Source: an uncultured Prevotella sp.
GTDB lineage: Bacteria > Bacteroidota > Bacteroidia > Bacteroidales > Bacteroidaceae
DNA length: 64,000 nucleotides
NCBI GenBank assembly: GCA_947167845.1
Contig: CAMVJQ010000004.1
Coordinates: 1,275 to 65,274 of the forward strand
Direction of reading: 5' to 3'
Made by a program: the position numbers and the translations under genes. Positions 36,581 through 49,300 of the stretch are shown in pieces. The notes beneath the pieces are model-generated. The model saw nothing but the letters and a program-made list of their open reading frames with translations. It was not told the origin of the DNA and did not search any database. Each line of letters opens with the position of its first letter. The stretch's first letter is position 1.

Positions 36581-36706
36581 AACGGGGTGCAAAGGTAGTC
36601 AAAATTCATGAAACCAAAGCCGTAATATGCTAAAAAAACACAAATTATTTGGAGGTATCAAGAATAATTGCGTAATTTGCACTTCGTAAAACATGAAGCG
36701 CAAAAC

Positions 36707-37834
36707 ATGAAGGAACTGAATAACCCGTTTGTCGTGTATGGATACAAAGGCGCTGCCTATTTCTGCGACAGAGTGAAAGAGACGGATAAGATCGTGAAGG
36801 GACTGACCAATGAGCGTAATATCACACTCATTGCTCCCCGAAGGATTGGGAAGACAGGACTGATTCACCACGTCTTTGCTCAGATTAAAGTGCAGCAGCC
36901 GGAAATCTGCTGTATCTACTTTGACATCTTGGCCACAAAGACGCTGGAGCAGTTTGTGCAACTGATGGCTAGGAATGTGCTTGGCAGACTCGACACGCCT
37001 TCCCAAACGGCCATGCGCAAGGTGCAGGACTTTTTCAGTGCCTTCCGTCCAACGATGACTTTCGATGCGAATACAGGCATGCCGACATTCTCGCTTGATG
37101 TTGCCAAAAGTCAGGAAGAATTGTCACTTCAACGCATCTTCGAATATCTCAAGCAGTCAAACAAGCGCTGTTATATTGCCATCGATGAATTTCAGCAGAT
37201 CTTAAATTATCCCGGTACTGATACCGAGGCTCTGCTACGCTCCTTTATCCAGTTCGTACCTAACGTATATTTCATCTTCGCAGGCAGCAGGCAGCACATG
37301 ATGTCCGACATATTCCTATCGCCTGAGCGCCCGCTCTATCAGGGAGCGCAGATGGTCAATATCAAAGAGATTGACGAGCGGGTCTATTATGAATTCTCGA
37401 ATGCCCTGATGCAAAAGAGGGGGCAGAGCCTGCCGGAATCCGTATTCCACTATCTGTATGATAAGGTAGACGGCCAGACCTGGTATGTCCAGGCAACGAT
37501 GAATCGTATCTACAGCAACCAGACTGGTGAAATCTCCGATGCTGACGTCGACGAAGCCATCCACGAACTGATAGACGAAGAAGAAGTGGCATTTGAGAAC
37601 TACTATTCATCACTGACAACAAACCAGGCAGCCCTGCTTCTGGCTATTGCCCGCGAGCAGAATGTCAAGTCACCGATGTCCCAGGCTTTTATCATCAAGC
37701 ACCGCCTGCCGGCACTCAGCAGCATCAAGACTGCCTTAGGGAGTCTCGCTGAAAGCCAGTTCATTTATCAGTACCAAGGCTGCTACATCGTCTACGACCG
37801 ATTCTTTGGCATGTGGCTCAGAACCCGGCTGTAG
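36707..37834 (+). CDS. AAA/archaeal-type ATPase
   Basis: NPFVVYGY...FCDR; Walker A APRRIGKT; Walker B IAIDEFQ; DRFF..WL. Confidence 0.85.
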   Translation: MKELNNPFVVYGYKGAAYFCDRVKETDKIVKGLTNERNITLIAPRRIGKTGLIHHVFAQIKVQQPEICCIYFDILATKTLEQFVQLMARNVLGRLDTPSQTAMRKVQDFFSAFRPTMTFDANTGMPTFSLDVAKSQEELSLQRIFEYLKQSNKRCYIAIDEFQQILNYPGTDTEALLRSFIQFVPNVYFIFAGSRQHMMSDIFLSPERPLYQGAQMVNIKEIDERVYYEFSNALMQKRGQSLPESVFHYLYDKVDGQTWYVQATMNRIYSNQTGEISDADVDEAIHELIDEEEVAFENYYSSLTTNQAALLLAIAREQNVKSPMSQAFIIKHRLPALSSIKTALGSLAESQFIYQYQGCYIVYDRFFGMWLRTRL

Positions 37835-37918
37835 CCATAAGGTCACACGGGGCCAGGCATGGTGTGACGTGGTATCTCTTTTTTTTGTCTTACAACCTTA
37901 TTTTCGATTTTCAGAGAT

Positions 37919-38311
37919 ATGAAATATAAAATTGTCAAAGAGAACAAGCCGACGCTGAAGAACTTCGGCCGATATAAAGCGGTAGCCGACCATCCCCAAG
38001 GGGAGGTCGACACCGCCAGCATCATTGATGAGGTGGGTAAACTCAACGGCGTGATGCCCGGAGCGCTCGGTGGAATCCTGACGGACTTCATCGACGTCAT
38101 CAACCGGCACCTGCGCCGTGGAGAAAAGGTACGCGTGGACCGTCTGGGGCTGTTGAAACTGGAAATCTTGAGCGACAAGGTAGATGCTCCCGAGGAGTTT
38201 AATCCCCGGGAGCATATCAAGGGGGTGCGCCTGCATATCCTGCCGGAGAGCAGCAAGGGCAGTCCGGCGCTTTACAAGGGCATCCGGTTTGAAGCCACAA
38301 AAGAGCGATAA
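37919..38311 (+). CDS. Bacteroidota HU-like DNA-binding protein
   Basis: L..GEKVRVDRLG.LKL.I.S...EEFNP..HIKGVRL..LPE. Confidence 0.75.
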   Translation: MKYKIVKENKPTLKNFGRYKAVADHPQGEVDTASIIDEVGKLNGVMPGALGGILTDFIDVINRHLRRGEKVRVDRLGLLKLEILSDKVDAPEEFNPREHIKGVRLHILPESSKGSPALYKGIRFEATKER

Positions 38312-38322
38312 GAGATGAACAT
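38251..38322 (+). repeat. 72-bp perfect direct repeat, copy 1 (copy 2 at 40157..40228)
   Basis: cagcaagggc...gagcgataagagatgaacat identical at both sites. Confidence 0.95.
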
Positions 38323-38487
38323 CCGTGACCGTCAGATACTGAAGATACAGCGCAGGATTTGGCGATGTGCCATAAAAGTTGTCTTATCATGCGTTTTCGC
38401 CTCGCAAAAGGTTAAAGATGAGAAAAAATCTCATAATTCTATTGATAAATGGTGAATAATGTGTATATTTGCAGAAAAATTTGAGAT

Positions 38488-39753
38488 ATGCTAGTAAATT
38501 TCACGGTTAAAAACTATCGCTCTTTCAAGCAGGAACACACCTTTAGTATGGAGGCAAGTTCCATAAAGGAGCACAAGGAGTCTGTAATCAGCGAAGGCAA
38601 GTATAGTTTGCTTCCGTTGGCAATATTCTATGGTGCAAACTCTGGTGGCAAGAGTAATCTCATTCAGGCTATATCTAACATGCGTAGTATGGTTAGGCGT
38701 TCTGTGCGTCTGAATGAGGGTGATGCACTTCCCTACGATCCTTTTGCATTGGATGAGAACTCGGCTTCGCAGCCTACGTTATTTGAGATACAGTTTATAA
38801 AAGGTGAGGTGCTTTATCGCTATGGTTTCGAATACGACAAAACTGATATTATTTCAGAGTGGTTGTATGAAAAACGATTTGGCGAGAAGGAATATGAACT
38901 CTTCATGCGTTCACGAGACATTATTGAGGTTTCGGCAAAAAGATTTCCAGAAGGTAAGGGAAAAGAGGATTTGACCAATTCGAATCGTCTCTTTCTTTCA
39001 CTTGTAGCTCAGTTGAAGGGCGAAAAGTCCAACACGATAATGAGTTGGTTCGGGGAATGTAATGTTCTTTCTGGGATCGACAGCGAAGGCTACGAAGCCT
39101 TTACGCTCAGAATGTTTTTGGAGCATTTGAACGGAGCAGATGAGGCTCAGGAGTTCTTCAAGACACTGCAACTTGGTTTTACTCACTTCTCGGTTAAGAA
39201 GGTCGATATTCCCAAAGAAGCTTTAGACAGGGCTCCAAAATTGATAAGATCACAACTAGAAAAAGACTTAACGACGGGTAGTGTTGTCGAGCCGATTACA
39301 ACTCACAATGTCTATGATGAGAATGGGGTAGTGATTGGTGAGCGTAATTTCCACAAGAACCAGATGGAGTCAGAGGGGACAAAGAAAGTGATAGAGATTT
39401 CCGGGCCTATTTTCGATACATTGAACGAGGGCAAGACACTGTTTGTGGATGAACTGGATGCAAAACTGCACCCACTACTGACTCGGAACATTGTACTCCT
39501 GTTTATGGATCCAAAGAAAAACAGGTATGGAGCACAGCTTATCTTTGCCACGCACGACACCAATCTGCTTGATTTGGACATTGTTCGTCGTGACCAGATT
39601 TGGTTTGCCGAGAAAGACAAAGTGGAGTCTACCGACATCTACTCGCTTGTGGAGTTCAAGGATGAGGACGGAAAGAAAGTCCGCAATGACCGTGACATCA
39701 AGCGTGATTATATCCGTGGACGCTATGGTGCTATACCTTTCATCGGTAAATAA
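38488..39753 (+). CDS. AAA_21/AbiEii-like ATPase (RloA-like)
   Basis: FTVKNYRSF, YGANSGGKSN, ESEGT, VDELDAKLHP, QLIFATH, RRDQIWF, YIRGRYGAIP. Confidence 0.9.
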   Translation: MLVNFTVKNYRSFKQEHTFSMEASSIKEHKESVISEGKYSLLPLAIFYGANSGGKSNLIQAISNMRSMVRRSVRLNEGDALPYDPFALDENSASQPTLFEIQFIKGEVLYRYGFEYDKTDIISEWLYEKRFGEKEYELFMRSRDIIEVSAKRFPEGKGKEDLTNSNRLFLSLVAQLKGEKSNTIMSWFGECNVLSGIDSEGYEAFTLRMFLEHLNGADEAQEFFKTLQLGFTHFSVKKVDIPKEALDRAPKLIRSQLEKDLTTGSVVEPITTHNVYDENGVVIGERNFHKNQMESEGTKKVIEISGPIFDTLNEGKTLFVDELDAKLHPLLTRNIVLLFMDPKKNRYGAQLIFATHDTNLLDLDIVRRDQIWFAEKDKVESTDIYSLVEFKDEDGKKVRNDRDIKRDYIRGRYGAIPFIGK

Positions 39754-39762
39754 AGGATTACT

Positions 39763-40023
39763 ATGGGATATTCAAGAAAAGAAGAAATCGCAAGACTTAG
39801 GCAGCAACGACGTGAAGCCAAGGCTTCTAAGAAACGTAAGGAGAACGTTCGTGAGAAACTGGTGCGCTTCTTGATAGTGTGTGAAGGAACTAAGACTGAG
39901 CCACACTATTTTGAGGCTTTGCACACTGGTACCGACTACGCTATGCATAAGCCCTGCACTATGGTAGATAAGTTAGTTGTAGAACTGGAGCATCCAGAAG
40001 TATTATTGGAAAATAGAATTTAA
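39763..40023 (+). pseudogene. Internally deleted RloB-like protein
   Basis: RFLIVCEGTKTEPHYF joined directly to KPCTMVDKLVVEL; only 86 aa, central DxD region absent. Confidence 0.7.
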
Positions 40024-40313
40024 CGAAAGTGGAAATTTGGGGAACTCGGCTGTAGCCATAGATTCGCCAGATCAGAAGGGGCAGGTTATTGACTCTTTTG
40101 TTTAAAAGGTCAATCTGGCCCAATGAACTCTTTTTTTACAGGCTGTAACGTTGTAACAGCAAGGGCAGTCCGGCGCTTTACAAGGGCATCCGGTTTGAAG
40201 CCACAAAAGAGCGATAAGAGATGAACATATAAAAACCTTCTTACCATCTTCGTTACCCAAATAATTGGTTAAAAATTAGGTGCTAATAATTATTTTTTGT
40301 ATATTTGCCACCG

Positions 40314-40682
40314 ATTCAGTCAGTCTGTTTGTGTGGGCTATTGGGTCAAGGACATGATGGACAAGTGCTTCGTCCCTGTTGCAAGTGGGTGTTTTCATAA
40401 CCCTAACTACCTCATACTTAGCACAAAAGGACGTTTTCGAACGTGATCTTCAACACTCAGATCTCGCAACTCTGATTATACCGTAGAAGATACCGCAACG
40501 AAGCGTCCACGTAGGGCGTATTATACCCGTATGCTTTTGGAAGACAGCCTTTATAGGCTTTCTAACGCATACCCTATATAATACGCGATGGCGTGGGCTG
40601 ACTGAGTTGCTTATCCCCGGTATAGGCAATGCGAGAGCCAGAGTGTAGGGTAAGCGGCAGATTGATTCTCCCACGTCTTTTT
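40314..40682 (+). ncRNA. Candidate structured cis-regulatory leader RNA
   Basis: Follows TATATTTG (40300); long nested helices 40453-40646; alternative terminator ending in a T-run at 40676-40682. Confidence 0.55.
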
Positions 40683-40785
40683 AGTTTCCATTCTATTAGT
40701 TTCTATTAACCAGCCGGGGCAGGGAGAGAGGCGGCCTTGATTATTTGGGATTTAGGAATAGTATATTTAAATCAAATAGAAGATT

Positions 40786-43326
40786 ATGGTAACAAAGATT
40801 AAAAGCATCGTAGAGGTTGCAATAGTGACCCTTGGCGTATTTTCATTTTCAATGAATGCAAGTGCTAACAGAGTTCTGAACATGCCCATGATGGCAAGTC
40901 CTCTTATGCTTCCTGACGGAGAAGGCGGCAATGATGAGTCTGTCACCTGGATTGAAGTAACCTTAGAGAGTGCAGGCTCGCTAGGCGTAGAAGTCATGTA
41001 CAAGGTCGACCAACTTGCCGACGTAGACTATCTGAAAGTTACCGGAACGCTCAATGCTGCTGACTGGACTTCGTTGAAGAACATGTCAAAACTGCAAGGG
41101 CTTGATCTCCGGCAGACTCAATTTGACAACATTCCTAATAGTGAGTTTGACGGACGCACCACACTTTCTCTTATCTACTTACCAGAAGGCATGAAGACGA
41201 TAGGCAATTATGCTTTCCGAAAAACAAGTCTTACCTCCATAGATATACCGGCGTCAGTTACTTCCATTGGCGTTGATGCTTTTTATCAAGCCAAAAGTCT
41301 AACAGAGGTTTCTTTCCCAGAGAACTCCATACTACAGACTATTGGCGAAAGCGCTTTTAATGGGTGTACTGCTTTGGTAAAATTTTTGATGCCAAATACG
41401 GTTACTTCGTTAGGAAACTATTCATTCTGGGAATGTAATGCCTTAACAAACCTTTCCCTATCTACTGCCTTAACAAGTATACCTTATCGCTGTTTCTCTA
41501 GAACTTCGAATCTGAAAAATGTAGTATTTCCTGAGAAACTGACATCTATCGGCGAAGACGCTTTCGAGAATAGCGGCCTTGAAAATGTTATACTACCCAT
41601 TAACTTAACTTCTTTAGGTAATTATGCATTTGGGTACTGTAACAGTCTAAAGTATATCGAGTTACCTTCTTATGTAAGCAATTATTTCTATACATTCTAC
41701 GGATGTAAAGCACTTACAACGGTCGTATGCCCATCATGTACACCACCAACCATAAATAATTATGATCCTTTTAGTTCTGTTGATAGGAGCAAGATTACTT
41801 TGAAAGTCCCGTCTTTTGCTGTTGTGGATTATAAATTAGACTCATATTGGTTGAATTTCGGTACGATAGAGGCTATGGAGACTGATCCCACTTACATCGA
41901 TGTTCATGGCAAGTTGTCATTAACCAATAACCGGCGGCCCGGCGGCATACCTAATATGACTATTAATACGAACAGTAGTGTAATCGTGGGAGGCAACGAG
42001 CCATTTGAGGTTGGCACATTGAATTTTGTCATCAACAGGCCCGATAAACTTTATGGAAAACTTCTTAATAGGAGTTCAATGACGGTTCAAAGTTCTGGTA
42101 TGAGTTATTATGTTCAGAGGAACAAGTGGTATTTCTTAAGTCCATTTACCAATGTACCTCTTTCTGCTATCACCCATAGTGCAAATGCTTCATTTGTGTT
42201 CCGTTATTATAATAGTGAAAACCGTGCTACCAATGGTGCCACCAATAATGCCAGTTGGCAGAACGTAACAGAATCGGAATTAAAAGCAGGACAAGGCTAT
42301 ATCTTCCAATGCAATCAAGATGGTTGGATACAATGGACTGTCGAAGGGGATAATGCCACACAGGCGGTGAATTCCGCCAGCATCACGACTATGCTCACTG
42401 ACTATGCCTCTGAAAATGCCGCCAATGCCAATTGGAACTATGTAGGTAATCCCTATCCTTGCTATTACGATGCTTACTATATGGACTTTACCGCTCCTAT
42501 TACAGTTTGGGATTACAACAACAACACTTACAAGGCCTATTCGGTAGTAGATGACAATTATATTCTTCATCCAATGGAGTCGTTCTTTGTCCAGAAGCCC
42601 GGCGAAGTTGATGCTATATTGTTTAAGGAAGAGGGACGGCAAATAGAAGCAACAACCAATCGCGTTTCATCAGCCAGAACCAAATCTGCTACAGACATTT
42701 CCAGGAAACTCTATGACATACAACTCACCAATGGAACAAAAACGGATGAGACCCGTGCCATTATCAATGAGAATGCTTCTTTAGCCTATGAGATTGGTCG
42801 CGATGCAGCCAAATTCATGACTATGGAAAGTGACGCGCCCCAGGTCTTCACCATTGACTCGGAAGGCAACAACCTTGCATTCAATGAGCGTCCTTTGGCT
42901 GACGGAAAGATTCGTCTTGGGATCTATGTGGGCGAAGCCGGAGTCTATATGTTGAAGATGAGTCCTTCGCAAGAGAATGTTCAACTCTACGATGCCGTAA
43001 CAGGAAAGACAACAAGTTTGAGCGATGAAGCCTACCATTTTGCAATTGACAATCCCGGATTCTATACTGACCGCTTTACACTGAGTCTGGCAGCCGAAAA
43101 CATCACTGCCATTGGGGCTGCTCCTAGCGCAGATGCATCTATCGCAGCGGTGGCTGGTGGCGTTGAAGTACGACCTGCCAGTGCTACAGAGATACTTGTC
43201 TACGGCACGGACGGGCGACAGGTTGCTTATGCAAAGGCCGTTTCTGGTAAGACTGTCATCAATCTTCCTGCCGGTCTCTATGTCGTCAAGGTAGGCAACA
43301 AGGCATACAAATGTATCGTCGAATAA
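40786..43326 (+). CDS. BspA-type LRR surface protein with T9SS-like C-terminus
   Basis: IGNYAF..TSL, IGESAFNGCTAL repeats; WNYVGNPYP; VYGTDGRQV...GLYVVKVG. Confidence 0.9.
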   Translation: MVTKIKSIVEVAIVTLGVFSFSMNASANRVLNMPMMASPLMLPDGEGGNDESVTWIEVTLESAGSLGVEVMYKVDQLADVDYLKVTGTLNAADWTSLKNMSKLQGLDLRQTQFDNIPNSEFDGRTTLSLIYLPEGMKTIGNYAFRKTSLTSIDIPASVTSIGVDAFYQAKSLTEVSFPENSILQTIGESAFNGCTALVKFLMPNTVTSLGNYSFWECNALTNLSLSTALTSIPYRCFSRTSNLKNVVFPEKLTSIGEDAFENSGLENVILPINLTSLGNYAFGYCNSLKYIELPSYVSNYFYTFYGCKALTTVVCPSCTPPTINNYDPFSSVDRSKITLKVPSFAVVDYKLDSYWLNFGTIEAMETDPTYIDVHGKLSLTNNRRPGGIPNMTINTNSSVIVGGNEPFEVGTLNFVINRPDKLYGKLLNRSSMTVQSSGMSYYVQRNKWYFLSPFTNVPLSAITHSANASFVFRYYNSENRATNGATNNASWQNVTESELKAGQGYIFQCNQDGWIQWTVEGDNATQAVNSASITTMLTDYASENAANANWNYVGNPYPCYYDAYYMDFTAPITVWDYNNNTYKAYSVVDDNYILHPMESFFVQKPGEVDAILFKEEGRQIEATTNRVSSARTKSATDISRKLYDIQLTNGTKTDETRAIINENASLAYEIGRDAAKFMTMESDAPQVFTIDSEGNNLAFNERPLADGKIRLGIYVGEAGVYMLKMSPSQENVQLYDAVTGKTTSLSDEAYHFAIDNPGFYTDRFTLSLAAENITAIGAAPSADASIAAVAGGVEVRPASATEILVYGTDGRQVAYAKAVSGKTVINLPAGLYVVKVGNKAYKCIVE

Positions 43327-43372
43327 GCCCTCCTAAAATATAATAATGTATAGATGCTAATCTGTATGGCTT

Positions 43373-46300
43373 ATGAAAGAACTTAGAACCATAGCCCTGG
43401 TATTGGCGCATCTTCTCTGTGTCAGTATATGGGGACAATATAATCCAACAAACCCGGCGGAGCCGGGCACCGCGCCGTGGACGCTGACCCTCACGTCAGA
43501 TCCAAGCGATGCAGGCAGTTTTAATATTTCAAAGGTCACTAATCGGGCGGCAGGGGCTACGATTACCATTACTGCTTATAACAATGGTAATTATATATTC
43601 AAAGCCTGGGAAGACGAGAGCGGGAACACCCTTTCTTCAGAAAAGTCGTTCAAGTACACAATGCCGGCGAAGAATGTTAAGTTGATGGCTCGTTATACTT
43701 ACAATCCGTCCAGCCCCAACGAGCCGTCGGTTCCTGTCAAGTATGGTGCAGTCAAGCTTAGCGTATCGCCCTCTGACGGTGGCAGCGTCTCTCCTTCAGG
43801 CACCAACAAATATGAGGTGGGAAGCAAAGTGACTCTTTATGCCTACAACAACTCCAACTTCGTCTTTGTCAACTGGACAAAAGACGGGGAGGTCATTTCC
43901 ACCTCCAGCACTCTTGGCAACTATGTCGTCGGAGAAGGAACAGCCAGTTTGGTGGCAAACTTCAGGTATGCTCCTGGCAATCCAGCCGAACCTGAAGCCG
44001 CAATTTTGTCACACCCTCTGTATCTGGAATCTAATCCCTCCGGGGGTGGATCCTTCAATATTTCCAGTGGCAACACTTATAAGACAGGCGAAAGCATTTA
44101 CTTATACGCCTATTCCAACTCTTATTATACTTTTAAGAACTGGACACAAGACAATGAAGTCATATCTACTTCAAGGAATTTTTACTACACAATGCCCGAC
44201 AAGGCTGCAAAATTGGTAGCCAACTACACTTATAACTACAATCCAAGCAATCCGGGAGAACCAGCTGCGACTACGACACAGCGATACCACCTGTACGGCA
44301 TGCATGAGGATGGTATTCCGGGGCAGAGCCTCAAGTATCCCGTCTATCTGGAGAATTCAACCGAGGTCACGGGCTTCTCTATCGACCTTGCTTTCCCAGA
44401 AGGTGTCATAGTGGATGCAACCAATGCCTCCCTGACTGACAGAACCAGCGGTCACACATTGCAAGTGGAAAGTCTGGAGAACAATTCCTATCGATTCTTT
44501 GTAAGAGGATCGGAGAACATCATTGGCGCCAATGGCAAGGTTCTTGAGATTCCCATATCCATTGCTGCTACAGAAGAGGTTGGTACAACTTATACCGTGG
44601 GACTCTCAAAAGGAGCCATCTTCAAGGCTGACGGATCACAGACCGTCATTACTGTCAGAAGCGGCTCTCTGAAGATAGTACAGTCACCCGATGTCATTCC
44701 CGACAGTCCTGACCTGATTGTCAGTGATATCAATATAGCAGAAACAAGCATCGCGCCAAACGAGACGCTCCATTTGTCATGGAAAGTCAGGAACGTAGGT
44801 AATCTGGAGGCTGTCTCAGGGTGGAGTGAGCGTCTCTATCTTGTTTCCACTGATGGAAAGAAAGTCAGTATAGGTTCTACCTATTATGAAACCACATCGC
44901 TGGAAGCTGGCGGCACAGTTTCACGAGAAGCGGATATTGCCCTCGGCAAACTACTTGGCATTGAGGGCAACACGTATGTCAGCATCACGATTATCCCTAA
45001 TGCCTCGGCAGGAGAGATAACCGAGTGTCAAGGCAACAACACAACCGACAACAAGGGAAAGACTCTGGCGGTCAAGAAAATGCTATATCTGACGCTGCCC
45101 GCCACTACCTTGGTAGAAGGCGAGACTACCACCGCTAAATGCCAGTTGGCCAGAAGTGGCAACTGGACTGCCACTGAGGTATTCGACTTGAGTGTACTCA
45201 CAGGTGATGCAAGGCTGAAAGTTCCGGCAACTGTATCCATTCCAAAAGAGCAGGCCAGTGTCTATTTCTATCTGACCGTTGAAAACAATGAGTTGCTGGA
45301 CAACGATTCTCATTTCACCATTCAGGCGTCAGGCAATGGCTATGAAGCCGTAACTGGTGATGTGACTATTGAAGATGACGAACTGCCTGCCATAGTAACC
45401 ACCGTTTCGAAGAATAGCGTATCAGAAGGCGAGACATTCCAACTGACGGTTACCATTCCCCGTCAGTCTGATACAGATGTGGTCATCGGACTGAGAGCGG
45501 AATATCCCAAGCGATTTAGCCTGCCCTCTTCAGTGACTATTCCTGCCGGCGAAACATCTGCCACGGTAACGGTAACAGCGGTGGATGATGACCTGCCAAG
45601 TTTGGAACTGTCAAATGCTTTCACAGCGTCTGCGGCTGGTTATACAGAAGGTCAGGCAATTGTTATCCTGAGCGATGATGATATACCTGCCCTGGAGCTA
45701 ACGCTGACTCCAAGTCAGGTGTCTGAAGGTGCAGGTGTAGCGGCAGTGGCCGGTATTCTTCGCCGTACAGGAAAGACCGACAATAAGATTACCGTCAAGT
45801 TGACGGATAATGCCAACGGTGGACTCTATTTCGGCAACCGAACACTGGAACTGGCCAAGGGCGTGGAGGAGATCCACTTCAACTTCGGCCCTGTGGACAA
45901 CGCAAAAGTTGACGGTGACAGGAAATACACCATCACTGCTGCTGTCTGGGTGTCTTCATGTAACTGCAGTGCTTCTGGAGAGTCTGCGGGTAGTGTTACG
46001 GCAGACTTGGAGGTGTTTGACGATGATGGTGCTACGCTCAGTGTCACATCATCGGTTAGCACAGTAAAAGAAGGTGGAAAGACGACGCTGACGGTGACGC
46101 GCAACACGGCTTCCGACAAGGCCTTGACGGTGACCCTAAGCAGTGACTACGATGACAATCTGACATACAGCCATACGGTGACCATACCTGTCGGCCAGAA
46201 ATCAGAGATTGTAGAAGTAACTTCAAAGGCAAACGATATAAGTGGCGATTCCCATACCGTTGTCTTTACGGTGACTGCTGATGGCTACAGTTCCGGAACT

Positions 46301-49300
46301 TGCTATCTGATGATTACCGACCAGACCCTGCCCGATGCACGTATCAGCAGTATGACAGCCGATAAGCAAGAAACTACGGTCGGCGATGAGGTCAAACTCA
46401 ATCTGGTTGTGTCAAACGATGGTGCGGCAGAGTTGCCTGCAGGAGTTGCTGTCAAAATTTACCACCGGGGAGAGTCTGCGGCCATTACAACGCTTTACAC
46501 ACGAAATGCGATTGCCGTAGGAGAATCAGAAACACTGGTGAAATCCATTGTGCTGCCTAATACTGTCGGGGAGCAGAGGTTCTATGCCGTTGTCAATGAA
46601 GCACATAAGGTAGAAGAATTATCATATACAAATAACACATCACCTGAAGTGGTCATTAGCACAATCGCTCCATTTACAGTAACAGTGAATACGGATAAGA
46701 ATATTTATCAGCAAGGGGACAAGGTCCATATTACAGGCCAACTGACAGGCAAAAACACAAGTGATACGGATATAGACCTCTATGTTATCAACGAGGGTGC
46801 ACGTCAAGTAAAAACAATAAAGACCGATGCACAAGGCTCCTTCTCGTACGAATGGGAACTCTATGCTTTGCAGTCTGGTCATTTCTCTGTAGGAGCCTGC
46901 TATCCTGATGAAGGTCTGAAGACGGAGATGGCCGCTTTTGATGTCTATGGCCTTCGGCGGACTAACAACGAATATGTAAAGTGCGATGTTGATAATGGCA
47001 CTACATTCACAGGCAATCTGAATATCATGAATCCAGGCAACCTTGATTTAACAGGGGTTACTGTTGATATACTGTCAGTTCCAAATAACTGTGAGGCTTC
47101 CTTCTCCGTTCCCCCGACAATTGCTGGTGGAGAAACGGTAAAGGTGTCTTATTCTCTGAAGGGCCTTGCACCTTCCTCTGAAGTCAAGTGGGACGAGATC
47201 AAAGCTCAGGTCAAAACGGCAGAGGGCGCGTTGCTTGACATCTCGCTCTACTATTATTGCAGGAATACCACTGGAAAAATAGAGCCGCTCACCAAGAAGA
47301 TAAACACGACGATGACTAAGGGAAAATCGCGTGAATATACCCTGCAAGTCGTCAATACAGGTCGTGGAAACACAGGGAATATCACGTTGTCTCTTCCTGA
47401 ATTCATAAAATCATTGGCAGGCAATAATCTACCTTCTTTAGATCAGAATGACACGCTCACAATCTCATTAAGTTTGACACCAATGGCTACCATGCAGCTG
47501 AATGTACCAGTAACTGGTCAGCTCGGAATCAACTGTACCAATGGAGACGGAGCGGCTGTAAGTTTCAGCATAACGCCGGTTTCAGAAGAGACAGGAACAC
47601 TTACTATTGATGTTTGCGATGAATACACTTACTACACTAATGAGTCCCCGCATGTGTCTGATGCAGAGGTCGTAGTTCGCAATCCCGTCACAGGAGCATT
47701 GGTCGCACAAGGCAAGACCGGGGCTGACGGGAAATTCTCCGTTGTCCTGCCTGAGGGCTATTATAATGTCAACGTGGCAGCCGACAAACATGATTCCTAT
47801 TCCAACAATTTGTGTGTTGACCCAGGTACTGAGACGGTACAGACAGTCAATCTTAGCGTTGAGTCAATTACCGTGGACTGGAAGGTGGAAGAGGTGGAAA
47901 TCGAGGATGAATATGAGATTATTACCACGGTGAAATATGAGACAAACGTACCAGCTCCTGTAGTAGAATTGATTGTGCCACAAAAGCTTGATGTAGAGTC
48001 CTTGGCAGAAGGAGAGTCTTTGGTGTTTACCGCTGTTCTTACAAACAGAGGCTTAATCAAGGCAGAGGATGCAGAGCTTATTCTGCCATCGAACCTGAGT
48101 GGTGTTACCCTGGAGCCATTGGCAGAATATCAAGGTCTGACAATAGCTCCTCAGCAGAGTGTCTTTATTCCCGTTAAGTTAACTAGGAATGCTGTTTCTA
48201 ATGCTAGGAGGCGAGCTGCTGGTTCGGGCTTCTCATGCTCCATTCATACAGTCACCCTTTATTACTGGGACTGTGGAAACGACAGAAAGTGGCATCAGTA
48301 TGGTGTAGACATACAGATATTTTCTTGTAGCAGGAATTCCTTAAGCCAGTCGAATCCTTCAAATCAAAACACATGGTATCCTGGAGGGCCCAGCGGGCCG
48401 GGATCTCCCGGAAGTCCCAGCGGACCTGGTACCAACAACTACACCCATAGTACCAATAACAATAATGTGTCCAAATCAGAAGACAAAGGTTGTGAGCCAT
48501 GCCAGAACCAGTTCTTAATAGATCTGGTGGATTGTGGATTGCAGTTAGTTCCAGCCTATAGAGTGTTGAAGGCAGTCATTGGCTGTGCTCAAGACTGTAT
48601 GGGTGCCGTTCAAACATTAAGGAATGCTTCAGCAACACCAGCCAATAAGGCCGGTGCCGTCCTATCTGCAATCACGTCCTGTTCATCTGCTAGACATGCA
48701 GGCAGTGGTGATAAGAATGCTACTCGTGAGCAACAACGGACAGAGGCAATAGAGTCTATCCTGGAGACTCTTGGAGGTATAGTGGGCCAAATAGCTCAGG
48801 GAGAAGCAGACAAAGTATTCAAATGGGATGGAGTAGTCGAGACATTAGGCAGTCTTGCTTCTAGCCTGACATCTTTGGCTGGTTTTGACTTTGACAATCT
48901 GGAACAGATGTTCTGCCCCCTGAAATTGTTTAAGCCTTGTGACAAGGAGGGAAATTCCCAGTCATCAACAGCGAGTGCGAGGAAGAAAGGTTCAAGGCTT
49001 GAAGATGGATACCCTTCCTATCTGACAGATTTCCGACGATCTATGTCTTACGGACTGACAGACATGATGGCTCTGACAGGCATGAAGATGGAGGTTTATG
49101 GAAACAGACATTGGCTTGAAACAGATCCAGAGTTGCTGTCGGAGTTTATTGCCGATTTCAAATCACTACAATACGGCGACGGCATAATTGCTGAAGAAAA
49201 ATGGGAGGAACTTGTTTCCAAAGCGCCTTATGGTATTGAGAGGGAGGAAGTTTTAACTTTCTTGATGAGATGGAACAATACCATGACTGATGTTGATTCT

